A stretch of 64,000 nt of DNA from positions 501,359 through 565,358 of the forward strand of contig JAWKRW010000002.1 in assembly GCA_041389445.1 (NCBI GenBank), in the 5' to 3' direction. Shown piece by piece: positions 36,041 through 46,666 of this stretch; position 1 is the first letter of the stretch, and every line of letters begins with the position of its first letter. The DNA comes from Myxococcota bacterium. Lineage in GTDB: Bacteria; Myxococcota_A; UBA9160; UBA4427. The notes under the pieces were generated by a model. It had not been told where the DNA came from, searched no databases, and was given only the letters and a program-made list of their open reading frames with translations. The translations under genes and the position numbers were made by a program.

Positions 36041-36123
36041 CCTCTCCTCCCCGCGCCCGGCGCGCTTCGCGCGGCGCACTCCGCCCGTCGACCCGCGCAT
36101 CCGTCCGCCGGCCGGGACGCCGC

Positions 36124-37473
36124 TCAGCCCGCGGCTCGAGCCGCCGCGAGGTCGGACGCGATCGTCCGTCCCGCGCGCAGGGAATGGAAGACCGCGACCA
36201 GCGCGCCGACCGACGTGACCAGCAACGAATAGCGAACGGCCAGGATCCCGAAGCGCTCCGCCAGCACGTCGTTGAGCAGGCCGACGACGAGCGGCGCGAT
36301 CCCCAGCCCGATCAGGTTCATCGTGAAGAGCAGCAGCGCGGCGGCCTGCGCCCGCAGGCGCGGCGGCGCCAGGCTCTGTACGACGGCGAAGGACGGGCCG
36401 GTAAAGAAGAGCACGACGACCATCGCCGGGGCGTAGCCCAGGAGCGCGGCCATCGGCGTCGGCGCGAAGAGGAAGACGCAGAGCAGCGGAAGCGCGAGGA
36501 GTCCACCCAGAGCGGGGATCCAGACCAGCACGCGCGGATCGCGATCGGCGCCGCGATCGGCCAGCACCCCGCCCAGGAACGTGCCCAGCCCGCCGCCGAT
36601 CCCCTGGATCAGCCCCATCCAGAGGCCCGTCTCGCGCAGCGACAGCCCGTGGACGCGAATGAGGAAGCTCGAGCCCCAGACGGTGAACCCGTAGGCCGCG
36701 AAGACGTAGAAGGCGCTCGCGAGACTGACATGGACGAAGGTCCGGCGAGCGAGCAGGAACGAGACGACCTCCCGGAAGCGCGGCTCAGGCGCAGCAGCGC
36801 GCTCGGCCGCGGGTGCGGCGCGATCGGCATGAACGGGCTCCGTCGCGCCCCGCGGCGGCTCGTCGAGGGTGAAGCGGGCGAGCAGGGCCGCCGCGAGGCC
36901 GGGGAGACCGACGACCAGGAAGGCCGTGCGCCAGCCCAGCGTCTCGCCGATCCAGCCGCCGGCGATGAAGCCCAGCATGACGCCGACGTTGCCGCCGACG
37001 TTGAAGATGCCGAGGGCGGTCGCGCGCCGGTGGAGCGGGAATCCGTCGGCGATCAGGGAGTGGGCGGAGGGCGCGAGGGCGGCTTCGCCGATGCCCACGC
37101 CGAAGCGCGCGGCGGCGAGCTGCGCGAAGTTGCGCGCGAGGCCGCAGCACGCGGTCATGGCGCTCCAGACGACGACGCCCCAGACGATGACGCGCCGGCG
37201 GCTGCCGCGGTCCGCGACGCGCGCGATCGGAATGCCCGCCGTCGTGTAGAAGAGCGCGAAGGCGAGACCCGACAGGAAACCCATCGCCGTGTCGGAGGCA
37301 CCGAGCTCGCGCTTGATCGGCTCGATCAGGATCGCGAGGAGCTGGCGGTCGACGTAGTTGACGACGAAGAGCAGGGTCAACACGGCCAGCGACAGAACAG
37401 CGCGGCGACTCGTCGCGGGATCCGATCGATCGACGACGTCGGCCAGCGCCCTCGCGCTCGTGCTCATCGGCAT
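36124..37473 (-). CDS. MFS transporter
   Basis: There are about 12 hydrophobic segments. An MFS signature is present (GIPIARVADRGSRRRV, D-R-x-G-R-R). The ATG at 37473 overlaps the upstream HIT gene end by 10 nt. Confidence 0.9.
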   Translation of the reverse strand: MPMSTSARALADVVDRSDPATSRRAVLSLAVLTLLFVVNYVDRQLLAILIEPIKRELGASDTAMGFLSGLAFALFYTTAGIPIARVADRGSRRRVIVWGVVVWSAMTACCGLARNFAQLAAARFGVGIGEAALAPSAHSLIADGFPLHRRATALGIFNVGGNVGVMLGFIAGGWIGETLGWRTAFLVVGLPGLAAALLARFTLDEPPRGATEPVHADRAAPAAERAAAPEPRFREVVSFLLARRTFVHVSLASAFYVFAAYGFTVWGSSFLIRVHGLSLRETGLWMGLIQGIGGGLGTFLGGVLADRGADRDPRVLVWIPALGGLLALPLLCVFLFAPTPMAALLGYAPAMVVVLFFTGPSFAVVQSLAPPRLRAQAAALLLFTMNLIGLGIAPLVVGLLNDVLAERFGILAVRYSLLVTSVGALVAVFHSLRAGRTIASDLAAARAAG

Positions 37474-37904
37474 CGATCGCCCGCGCGCAGGGCCGACGCG
37501 ATCCCGTCGCGCAGACGTGCGGCCTCCTCGGGCGGTACGGGGAGCGTGGGCGGCGGGGGTCCCCAGGGCGTGTCGGTCCCGTTGCGATCCGTCGGCCCAC
37601 CGCGCGGGATCAGATGGACGTGGATGTGGGGCGCGGCATTGCCGAGCACCGCGTAGTTGATCCGCGGGGCACCGGTCGCCGCGCGGATCGCGAGCCCCGC
37701 GCGCTGCACGTCGAGGACGAGGCGGGTCAGCTCGGACGCAGAGAGCTCCTCGAGCTTCTCGGCGTGCGTGCCGAAGGCCAGCACGCAACGACCGGGAAAC
37801 GCGCGATCGCCGTAGTGGGCGAGCGCGCCGGAGGGCAGCATCGCGATGACCTCGTCGACCTCGAATCCGCAAGTCGCGCAGCGAAAGCGCTCGCTCCCCG
37901 CCAT
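37464..37904 (-). CDS. HIT (histidine triad) family protein
   Basis: A GGAGGAGGAG Shine-Dalgarno is present. The histidine triad is APHIHVHLIPR. Confidence 0.85.
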   Translation of the reverse strand: MAGSERFRCATCGFEVDEVIAMLPSGALAHYGDRAFPGRCVLAFGTHAEKLEELSASELTRLVLDVQRAGLAIRAATGAPRINYAVLGNAAPHIHVHLIPRGGPTDRNGTDTPWGPPPPTLPVPPEEAARLRDGIASALRAGDRCR

Positions 37905-38084
37905 GCTCCTCCTCCCCGCGCGGGTCGCGCCGGATCGCGCGCGGCGCACGCGCCCGACGATGGCACGCTCCTCGTCGCTTGCCGAGCCGCTTCGTGCGGG
38001 CGGAGCCTCGACGACGCGGGCGTGATCCACGGCGGCGCATGGGCGCCACGGGCCGTCCCTCGACACAGCCGCTAGCCTCGACCG

Positions 38085-39572
<1,488 letters not shown>

Positions 39573-39654
39573 CCCCGACCGCCTCCGGGCGCGGCTTCGC
39601 ACGCGGAGCGCGGTCCAGCGGCGTCAGCGCCGGCCGACCGCGCCGCCACACGAC

Positions 39655-39720
39655 CTCGATCATCCATAGTCCATGTCAATGATTCCAATCTGAACATTCC
39701 ATTTTACGGATACATCTCCC
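39655..39720. promoter_or_regulatory. Isolated AT-rich island upstream of the Prx-Grx gene (candidate promoter / OxyR operator region)
   Basis: The sequence is tcgatcatccatagtccatgtcaatgattccaatctgaacattccattttacggatacatc. It is the only strongly AT-rich stretch for several kb, lies about 130 nt upstream of the ATG at 39846, contains an ATAG element, and has oxyR two genes downstream. Confidence 0.3.
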
Positions 39721-39845
39721 GACCCGATCCTCCCGGCATCGCGGACGCGAGGAGCGCTGCGCCGATCCGGCACGGCGCTCGCGGCGACGCAGCGCAGGGC
39801 CGTGCCGCCGAGCTCGAATCGACCGCGATGACGAAGGAGGAATCC

Positions 39846-40595
39846 ATGGAGACGGCAAGACGGGGAACGATCGAGGTGGGCGCGCCGATCCCGAGTGCGC
39901 AGGTGAGCGTGCAGACGGAGGAGGGCTGGCAGTCGGTCGACGCCCGGACGCTCTTCGCGGGAAGGGACGCGGTCCTGTTCGCCCTTCCCGGCGCCTTCAC
40001 GCCGACCTGCTCCTCGAGCCACCTGCCGGGCTACGAAGAGCTCGCGCCGGCCTTCGAGGCCGCGGGCATCGACGCGATCTACTGCCTCTCGGTCAACGAC
40101 CCCTTCGTGATGGAGGCCTGGGGCCGCCAGCAGCGGGTCGAACGCGTGAAGCTCGTGGCCGACGGCAACGCGGCGCTGACCCGCGCGCTCGGCATGGACG
40201 TGTCGAAGGAGGATCTCTGCTTCGGCGTCCGCTCGTGGCGCTATGCGATGATCGTGCGCGACGGCGTCGTCGCGGCGCTCTTCGTCGAGCCGGACGTGCC
40301 GGGCGATCCCTTCGAGGTCTCCGACGCGGAGACGGTGCTGCGCAGCCTCGTGCCGGATGCGAAGCTCGCGCCGCCGGTCACGATCTTCACGCGGCCGGGC
40401 TGCCCGCATTGTCGCCGGGCGAAGGCGCTGCTCGACGAACGCGGCTACGCCTACGACGAGATCACGATCGGCCGCGAGGCGACCTCGCGGACGCTGGCGG
40501 CGGTCGCCGGGGCGACGACGGTGCCGCAGGTCTTCATCGGCGGGCGGCGCGTCGGTGGAGCGGACGCGCTCGAGGCGGAGCTCGGGGCGCGCTGA
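39846..40595 (+). CDS. Hybrid peroxiredoxin (Prx5-type) - glutaredoxin fusion protein
   Basis: An AAGGAGG Shine-Dalgarno lies 5 nt before the ATG at 39846. The Prx5 peroxidatic motif is LPGAFTPTCSSSHLPGY. The C-terminal Grx domain has a CPHC active site (TRPGCPHCRRAK) and TVPQVFIGG. Confidence 0.9.
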   Translation: METARRGTIEVGAPIPSAQVSVQTEEGWQSVDARTLFAGRDAVLFALPGAFTPTCSSSHLPGYEELAPAFEAAGIDAIYCLSVNDPFVMEAWGRQQRVERVKLVADGNAALTRALGMDVSKEDLCFGVRSWRYAMIVRDGVVAALFVEPDVPGDPFEVSDAETVLRSLVPDAKLAPPVTIFTRPGCPHCRRAKALLDERGYAYDEITIGREATSRTLAAVAGATTVPQVFIGGRRVGGADALEAELGAR

Positions 40596-40644
40596 GGTCG
40601 GGGCGCCAGGCGGCGCGAAGTGGAGCGTCGAGCGGAGGGATGCC

Positions 40645-41595
40645 ATGGAGTCGACCCTGCGGATACCGGCCGAGCCGGGCTTCACCCTGACCGAGCTGCG
40701 TTATGCGGTCGCGGTCGGGGAGACCCTCCACTTCGGGCGGGCGGCGGCTGCGTGCCACGTCAGCCAGCCGACGCTATCGGCCGGCCTCCGGAAGCTCGAG
40801 GAGACGCTCGGCGTCCAGCTCTTCGAGCGCTCGAGCAAGCAGGTCCGCGCGACGCAGGAGGGCGGGCTGCTGCTCGTGCGCGCGCGGGCGGTGCTCGAGG
40901 AGGCGCTGCGGCTCGTCGACCAGGCGGCGGGGGCGCTCGATCCGCTCGCGGGACCGCTTCGCATCGGAGTGATCCCGACACTCGCGCCCTACATGCTGCC
41001 CTGGCTGATTCCCGCCCTCGCGAAGCGTCTGCCCGCGCTCGAGCCGATCGTTCAGGAGGGCATGACGCATCGGATCCTCGACCAGCTCCGCGAGCACGCG
41101 CTCGACGCGATCGTGCTCGCGCGGCCCTTCGAGGAGAGCGGGCTCGTCGTGCATCCGCTCTTCCACGAGCCCTTCTTCCTGCTCTGTCCCGCGGACCATG
41201 CGCTCGCCCGGCGCAAGCGCGTCACGCAATCCGCGCTCGAGGGCGAGCGCGTCCTGCTCCTGACCGAGGGCCATTGCCTGCGGGACCAGGCGCTCGAGAT
41301 CTGCCGAACGACCCGCGCGCGCGGCCCGGCGCCCGAGGGCGACTACCGGGCGACCAGCCTCGAGACGATCCGCCAGATGGTGATCGCCGGCCTCGGCCTG
41401 ACGCTGATGCCCGCGATGGCCCTGACCGAAGCGGACCGGCGCCGCAAGACGACCGCCGTCCGCCCCTTCGCGGCGCCCGTCCCCGGTCGCGAGATCGTCC
41501 TCGCCCATCGGCGCGGGAGCCCGCGCGCGGAGGGATTCGTGCGGCTGGCACGGCTGGTCCGAAGGGAGCTGCCGGAGTCGGTGGAGCCGGTCTGA
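40645..41595 (+). CDS. oxyR: Hydrogen-peroxide-sensing LysR-type regulator OxyR
   Basis: A LysR HTH is present (LRYAVAVGETLHFGRAAAACHVSQPTLSAGLRKLEE). The OxyR redox-Cys region is LLTEGHCLRDQALEIC (spacing equivalent to C199/C208). Its genomic context is next to a peroxiredoxin. Confidence 0.85.
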   Translation: MESTLRIPAEPGFTLTELRYAVAVGETLHFGRAAAACHVSQPTLSAGLRKLEETLGVQLFERSSKQVRATQEGGLLLVRARAVLEEALRLVDQAAGALDPLAGPLRIGVIPTLAPYMLPWLIPALAKRLPALEPIVQEGMTHRILDQLREHALDAIVLARPFEESGLVVHPLFHEPFFLLCPADHALARRKRVTQSALEGERVLLLTEGHCLRDQALEICRTTRARGPAPEGDYRATSLETIRQMVIAGLGLTLMPAMALTEADRRRKTTAVRPFAAPVPGREIVLAHRRGSPRAEGFVRLARLVRRELPESVEPV

Positions 41596-41766
41596 GGGCG
41601 CCCGGACAGCGTCGTTGACTTCTTCGGGTCCTTGCGCGCATGCTGATCGGGGCGGCGGGGAGCGCGGACTCCGCCAGGAGGCGACGAGATGATCGACGGC
41701 CAGGGGCTCGCGAGGACAAGGGAGGAGGGACGCTCGAGATCGCGTGGAGGGCGACGCGACCGACGC

Positions 41767-42477
41767 ATGCGCCGGCTGGGCTCGTTGCTCTTCGCCGTCG
41801 CGATGGCGGGCGGCTCCATCGCCTCCGACCCCTCCGACGCCACCGCGCAGGCCGTCGTCGGCGACGGGGACTTTTCGACCTGGACCGAGGTGTTCTCCTT
41901 TTCGAGCGGTGTCTGGTCGCGCCTCGCGACGGGCGGACACCCGGATGCCCACCTCGCGCTGACGGGGACCAACGGGTTGAGCTCCGTCGTGCTCCGACAG
42001 GGCACGGCGGGCTGGGATCCCGCGGCCCAGGGACCGCTCGCGACGATCCGATTCGCGGCTGACGTGCAGGGAACGTCCGGGGGGCTCGTCTCGGGACAGC
42101 CGGCCTTCGCATTCGCGCTGCTCCAGGGGAGCGAGACCTACCTCGCGCCCACGAGCTTCGACGTCGGCGACTGGACGCGGATCGAGACGCTCGCACTCAC
42201 GCCGACCGACTTCGTCGACACGCTGAACCCCGGCCGGCATCCGGACTTCTCGTCCTCCGGTGCGCCGATGCAGCTCGGCGTGGCGACGGCGAGCAATCTC
42301 TCGGCGGGATTCGACTTCCGCGTCGACAACTTCGAAGCCACGCTGGCCGCGGCGCCGCCGACGGTCCCCGTGTCGGCGCCCATCGCGCGGCTGCTCCTGA
42401 CCTTCGGCCTCACGTTCGTCGGCCTCCTCGCCTCCCGCCCTCCGCGCTCCTCGCCGGCGGGACCGGCGTGCCGCTGA
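41767..42477 (+). CDS. Secreted hypothetical protein with PEP-CTERM-variant C-terminal anchor
   Basis: A signal peptide is present (MRRLGSLLFAVAMAGGSIAS). The tail is TVPVSAPIARLLLTFGLTFVGLLASR. Its stop overlaps the next gene's ATG (TGATG). Confidence 0.65.
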   Translation: MRRLGSLLFAVAMAGGSIASDPSDATAQAVVGDGDFSTWTEVFSFSSGVWSRLATGGHPDAHLALTGTNGLSSVVLRQGTAGWDPAAQGPLATIRFAADVQGTSGGLVSGQPAFAFALLQGSETYLAPTSFDVGDWTRIETLALTPTDFVDTLNPGRHPDFSSSGAPMQLGVATASNLSAGFDFRVDNFEATLAAAPPTVPVSAPIARLLLTFGLTFVGLLASRPPRSSPAGPACR

Positions 42478-43547
42478 TGGCGGATGCATCGACCGACCGG
42501 GCCCTTCGCCGCCGCCGGAGACGCATCGCCGGCGGCGTGGCCGTCCTCGTCCTGCTCCTCGGGACCTCGCTCTTCCTGTTCGCGACGCGCGCCGCGCCCC
42601 CCGTCGATCCCGCCTGGGCGATCGCCGGGAGCGAGGACATCGCGCCCGGCTCGCTGACGGTCCGCTTCACGGGGACCTCGACGCTGCTCTTCTCCGACGG
42701 CGAGACGCATTGGATGGTCGACGGCTGGTTCTCGCGCTTCGGCGCGAGTCAGCTGTTGCAGGGGAAGATCGCGCCGGACGTCGACGCCATCGCCCGGGGT
42801 CTCGCGCGCAACGCGGTCGGGTCCCTCGCCGTCGTGATCCCCGTCCACTCCCACTTCGACCATGCGATGGACGCGCCGGAGGTCGCGCGGCGGACGGGCG
42901 CGATCCTGCTCGGCTCGCCCTCGACCGCGAACATCGCGCGCGGCTGGGGCCTGCCCGAGTCGCAGATCCGCATCGCCCGGAGCGGCGAGCCCGTCTCCTT
43001 CGGCCGCTTCGAGATCACGCTCCTCGAGACGCGCCACTTCGAGTTCCCGGATCCCGAGGTGCGCAGGCGCGCGCTCGAAGATCCCGAGATCGACGCCCCG
43101 CTCGTGCCGCCCGTCGAGGCCTTCGACTACCGGCTCGGCACGCCCTACGCCATCCACGTCCGCCATCCCCTCGGCCGATTCCTGGTCCAGGGGAGCGCCG
43201 GCTTCGTCGAGGGCGGCCTCGACGGCTACGCGGCCGACGTCATCTTCCTGGGCATCGGCGGGCTCGGTACGGAGACGCCCGACTATCGGGAGACCTACTG
43301 GCGGGAGACGGTGACGACGACCGGGGCGGACCGGATCATCCCGATCCATTGGGACAGCCTCGTCGGCCCGATCGAGGGCCCCTTCACGGGCGAGATCCGC
43401 GCGGCGAGCCTGCTCTCGGGCGGCACCGACGAGACCCTGGCGTTCCTCCGCGAGAAGCGCGCGGCGACGCCGGGCCTGCGGATCGAGACGCTGCCGCGCT
43501 ACGACGAGGTCGTGCTCTTTCCGGCCGACGCCGTGCAGCAGCCCTGA
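42477..43547 (+). CDS. Membrane-anchored MBL-fold metallo-hydrolase
   Basis: An N-terminal anchor is present (RRRRRIAGGVAVLVLLLGTSLFLFA). The MBL motif context is VVIPVHSHFDHAMD (HxHxDH-like). Confidence 0.8.
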   Translation: MADASTDRALRRRRRRIAGGVAVLVLLLGTSLFLFATRAAPPVDPAWAIAGSEDIAPGSLTVRFTGTSTLLFSDGETHWMVDGWFSRFGASQLLQGKIAPDVDAIARGLARNAVGSLAVVIPVHSHFDHAMDAPEVARRTGAILLGSPSTANIARGWGLPESQIRIARSGEPVSFGRFEITLLETRHFEFPDPEVRRRALEDPEIDAPLVPPVEAFDYRLGTPYAIHVRHPLGRFLVQGSAGFVEGGLDGYAADVIFLGIGGLGTETPDYRETYWRETVTTTGADRIIPIHWDSLVGPIEGPFTGEIRAASLLSGGTDETLAFLREKRAATPGLRIETLPRYDEVVLFPADAVQQP

Positions 43548-43572
43548 CGCGGGAGCGGTCCGATCCGTTCGC

Positions 43573-45072
43573 TCAGCTCCCGGACGCCGCCTCGCTCGTA
43601 CCGCGCTCGTAGCCCCCGCCCAGCGCCTGGTAGGCGCGGACCAGGGCGCCGATCTGCCGCTGCTTGAGCTCGATCAGCTCGATCTTCGATTCGAGCGCGT
43701 CGCGCTGCGTGAGCAGGACCTCGGTGTAGTCGGCACGCGCGGAGCGGAAGAGCTTGGCCGCCACCTCGATGGCCTGCGAGAGCGCGTCGACCTGCTGGGA
43801 CTTGAGCGCATAGCTCTGGTTGACGTTCTCGATCTGCGCGAGCTGGTTCAGGACCTCGACGTAGGCGTTGAGGACCGTCTGCTGGTAGCGGTAGACCGCC
43901 TCGAGCTGCAGCGCGCTCGCCCCGTCGTAGGCGGCCCGGATCTGGGTCCGGTTGACCAGGGGGACCATCAGGTCCGCCGCGACGCTGTAGATCAGGGACT
44001 CGGGCGCCGTCAGCAGCGACGAGACCGAGAAGGACTGGAAGCCCACGGCCGCCGCCACGTCGAGCTGGGGATAGAAGCGTGCCCGCGCGGCCTTGACGTC
44101 GAGCTTCGCCGCGGCGAGCTCGAGCTCGGCCTGACGGACGTCGGGCCGGTTGGCGAGCAGATCGGACGGCGAGCCCGGGTGGATCGCCATCAGGGCGACG
44201 TGCTCGAAGTCCTGGGACGGTCGCTCGATCGAGCGCGGGTAGCGACCGGCGAGGAAGTTGAGACGGTTCTCGGTGACCGTGATCTGCTGCTCGATCTCGT
44301 AGAGCCGGCTCTGGTTCTTGGCCACCTCGGCCTCGAAGCGCTGCACGGCGAGCTCCGTCACGCGCGCCGCCTGCTTCTGCAGACGCACCGCCTCGAGCGC
44401 GTTCTGCTGGATCTCGAGCATCTGCTTCAGGATCGAGAGCTCGTTGTCGAGGGCCATGAGCTCGTAGTACGAGCCCGCGATCTCCGCGACGAGGTTGGTG
44501 ATCATGAAGTTCCGGCCCTCGCGCGTCGACAGGAAGCGCAAGACGGCCGCCCGCTTCTCGTTGCGCAGCTTCTTCCAGATGTCGATCTCCCAGGAGAACT
44601 CCGCGGCGAAGCGGAAGTCGGGCAACGGCTCGGGGAAGGACTTGCCGGGCTTGATCTCGAGCCCCTCCTCGACGGCGCCGCTGCGCGTGTACTGGCCGAC
44701 CTTGTCGACGCCGGCCCCGGCCCCGAGCGTCACGAAGGGCAGGAACGCGCCCTTCCGGCGCAGGACCTCGGCCTTCGAGACCTCGATCTCCTGCAGCAGG
44801 ACGTTGAGCTCCTGATTGTTCTCGAGCGCCGCTTCGATCAGGCCGACGAGCTGCGGATCCTCGAAGAACGACTGCCACTGGATGCCGGCCGAGCTGGCCC
44901 CCGCCTCGCCTCGAGGAAACCGATCGGGAAGGGGCGGCGGCGTCTCGGTCAGGCGCTTCGCGGCCGGATCCTCGGACGGCGCCACGAAGGGCAGGCTCGA
45001 GCAGCCCGCGACCGCGAGCGACAGACAGCCGAAGGAGAGGAGCAGCGCGACCTTACCCGAATGCTTCTTCAT
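43573..45072 (-). CDS. Efflux-system outer-membrane factor lipoprotein, NodT/TolC family
   Basis: A lipobox is present (LSLAVAGC). Two TolC-like coiled-coil repeats are visible (NNQELNVLLQEIEVSKAE, RPDVRQAELELAAAKLDVKAARA). The C-terminus LVRAYQALGGGY is typical of the NodT family. No RND or MFP partner gene lies adjacent. Confidence 0.9.
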   Translation of the reverse strand: MKKHSGKVALLLSFGCLSLAVAGCSSLPFVAPSEDPAAKRLTETPPPLPDRFPRGEAGASSAGIQWQSFFEDPQLVGLIEAALENNQELNVLLQEIEVSKAEVLRRKGAFLPFVTLGAGAGVDKVGQYTRSGAVEEGLEIKPGKSFPEPLPDFRFAAEFSWEIDIWKKLRNEKRAAVLRFLSTREGRNFMITNLVAEIAGSYYELMALDNELSILKQMLEIQQNALEAVRLQKQAARVTELAVQRFEAEVAKNQSRLYEIEQQITVTENRLNFLAGRYPRSIERPSQDFEHVALMAIHPGSPSDLLANRPDVRQAELELAAAKLDVKAARARFYPQLDVAAAVGFQSFSVSSLLTAPESLIYSVAADLMVPLVNRTQIRAAYDGASALQLEAVYRYQQTVLNAYVEVLNQLAQIENVNQSYALKSQQVDALSQAIEVAAKLFRSARADYTEVLLTQRDALESKIELIELKQRQIGALVRAYQALGGGYERGTSEAASGS

Positions 45073-45170
45073 CACCGATCACCGTCACCGTATTGCGCGA
45101 CATCCTGGCGGAGCGCGTCGTGTTCGTCAGTCAGCGGCGTACGCATGCCCGCGATGGGGCCCGCGTCGTC

Positions 45171-45246
45171 AGAGGGCGTCGTCGGCAGCGCGCCCGACCC
45201 GACGAGAGGGCGTCGTCGGCAGCGCGCCCGACCCGACGAGAGGGCC
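45171..45246. repeat. Perfect 34-bp tandem duplication (2.2 copies) in a long non-coding leader
   Basis: The unit agagggcgtcgtcggcagcgcgcccgacccgacg occurs at 45171-45204 and again at 45205-45238, followed by a partial agagggcc. The unit length is not a multiple of 3. Confidence 0.8.
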
Positions 45247-45634
45247 CCGACGGAGAAGGCGACCGTCGACCCGATCGGAAACCGGCGCGCGGCGAGGGAG
45301 ACCGTCTCGCACGGCAGGACCGGGACGAGCACGGCGCGGCGTGCGAGTCCTTCCGAACGGGCGTGACGGGCCATTGCGGTTCCTCGAGCTGGCGGATCGA
45401 CGACGGGCCCCGTCGCTCCTCATGGGTTCCGCCTGGGCACCGGGGAGCGCACTCGGCGACGACACGCCGCCGGGATCCCTTCCCTGCAGCCCTGCTCGAC
45501 CGCTGCGCCTCCGACACCCGCCCCCCCCGGAACGTTCCCTGATCGCACATCACAGGCGCCCGCCGCGCCGCCGGCGAAGCGCCGGCGCAGATTGGAGCGC
45601 AGTTCGGGGCGCCGAGCGACAAGGATTCGAGAAA

Positions 45635-45661
45635 GAATCGTTCGCTTTCCCGGAACGATTC
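45635..45661 (-). terminator. Hairpin plus T-rich tail downstream of gene 45770..46225 (candidate intrinsic terminator)
   Basis: The minus strand reads GAATCGTTC-cgggaaagc-GAACGATTC-TTTCTCG: a 9-bp stem with a 9-nt loop, about 110 nt after the stop. Confidence 0.3.
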
Positions 45662-45769
45662 GCCCGGTCGAGACGTTTTGGACCGATTCGGGCCGAACGA
45701 TGCCCGAGCGCCGGTCGGAGCCGGGACCCGCGGCCGCGACCTGCCTCGTCCCGCGGCGCTGGAGCCGGA

Positions 45770-46225
45770 TCAGCGCCCGGCCGAGCTGCAGATGTCCCGC
45801 TCGGTCGGCTCGGGCTCGTCCCGGACACCGGGGATCCGCGCGATGGGCAGGTTCCGCGCCATCTCCGCCATGCCCTTCGTGCATTCGCGCAGCTTCTGGA
45901 CGGTCGGATCCGCGCGCATCTCCCGCGCGACCGCGAGGGCGCGCGCGAGCGCCTCGTCTCGCTTCCCGGCCTCACAGAGGCGTTCGATCTCCTGGGAGGC
46001 CGTTCGGCCGCGCTGCTCGAGCGCGTCGAGCTTCGCGCGATCGATCTCCTTCATGCAGGTCTGGGCCGCCTGGGCTTCCGCTGCCATGCGCTGCATCGCG
46101 GCGGGATCCTGGAGCCGCCGCATCATCTCGGCCTGGTCGGCGCTGCCCGGCTGTTGGGCGGACGCGACGACCGGGGTCGCCATCAGGGCCAGGACCACGT
46201 TCACCAGGATCGCTCGTCGCTTCAT
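45770..46225 (-). CDS. Small secreted helical protein (151 aa, 4 Cys), function unknown
   Basis: A GAGAGGAG Shine-Dalgarno is present. A signal peptide is present (MKRRAILVNVVLALMATPVVASAQQ). The mature part is rich in A/E/R/M/Q and helical in character. It is divergent from the encapsulin operon. Confidence 0.7.
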   Translation of the reverse strand: MKRRAILVNVVLALMATPVVASAQQPGSADQAEMMRRLQDPAAMQRMAAEAQAAQTCMKEIDRAKLDALEQRGRTASQEIERLCEAGKRDEALARALAVAREMRADPTVQKLRECTKGMAEMARNLPIARIPGVRDEPEPTERDICSSAGR

Positions 46226-46629
46226 CGGATCACTCCTCTCCCGCGCATCCAGCGCATTTCTGTCGCACGGTCGTCGGGTCGCCGTCGCTCCGTCGTGCTG
46301 TCGCCCGGGCTCGTTCGCGCCCGATCGCGTGGCGTGTCGGCCGATCTCTCCCGATGACGACGGGTCTCGAGCCGTGGCCTGCCCGATCGATCCCCGCTCG
46401 CCCGGCGCGATGGCCCCAGCCTAGCGCCTCACACCGCGCATTCGACCGTCCTCGCGACACGGCGAACGCGCGACACGACGGCGTGAGCGCACGACGAGTC
46501 CGCTTCGACACGGACCGCGGCCCGCCTCCTGGCCGCCGCCCTGGCATGGGCCTTGCGTGAGCAGGCCTGCGATGGCGTCTCGCCTGGCCGGGACCCCGAG
46601 CATTCGCGATGCGACGCGGCGAAGACGTC

Positions 46630-46647
46630 GATTCTACAAAAGGAATC
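46630..46647. promoter_or_regulatory. GATTC-N8-GAATC inverted repeat immediately upstream of the EncFtn ribosome-binding site (possible operator)
   Basis: The sequence gattctacaaaaggaatc at 46630-46647 is the only AT-rich patch in the 441-bp intergenic region. It ends 2 nt before the GGGAGGA Shine-Dalgarno. Confidence 0.2.
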
Positions 46648-46666
46648 CGGGAGGACGATTCGAACG

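Noticed and set aside
39660-40685. 341-aa minus-strand ORF across the Prx-Grx locus
   Set aside because: It is antisense to a gene with unmistakable Prx5 and glutaredoxin active-site motifs, and its composition is Arg/Asp/Ala-rich junk.
43573-45075. Idea that the OMF gene is horizontally acquired because its protein looks less Arg/Ala-biased than its neighbours
   Set aside because: Its codons are as G/C-ending as those of neighbouring genes. The different amino-acid composition is normal for TolC-family coiled coils. No mobility genes or flanking repeats are present.
46226-46666. Fur box or iron-responsive operator upstream of the encapsulin operon
   Set aside because: I found nothing resembling the GATAATGATAATCATTATC consensus. 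Only a short GATTC-N8-GAATC dyad is present, and I report it at low confidence.
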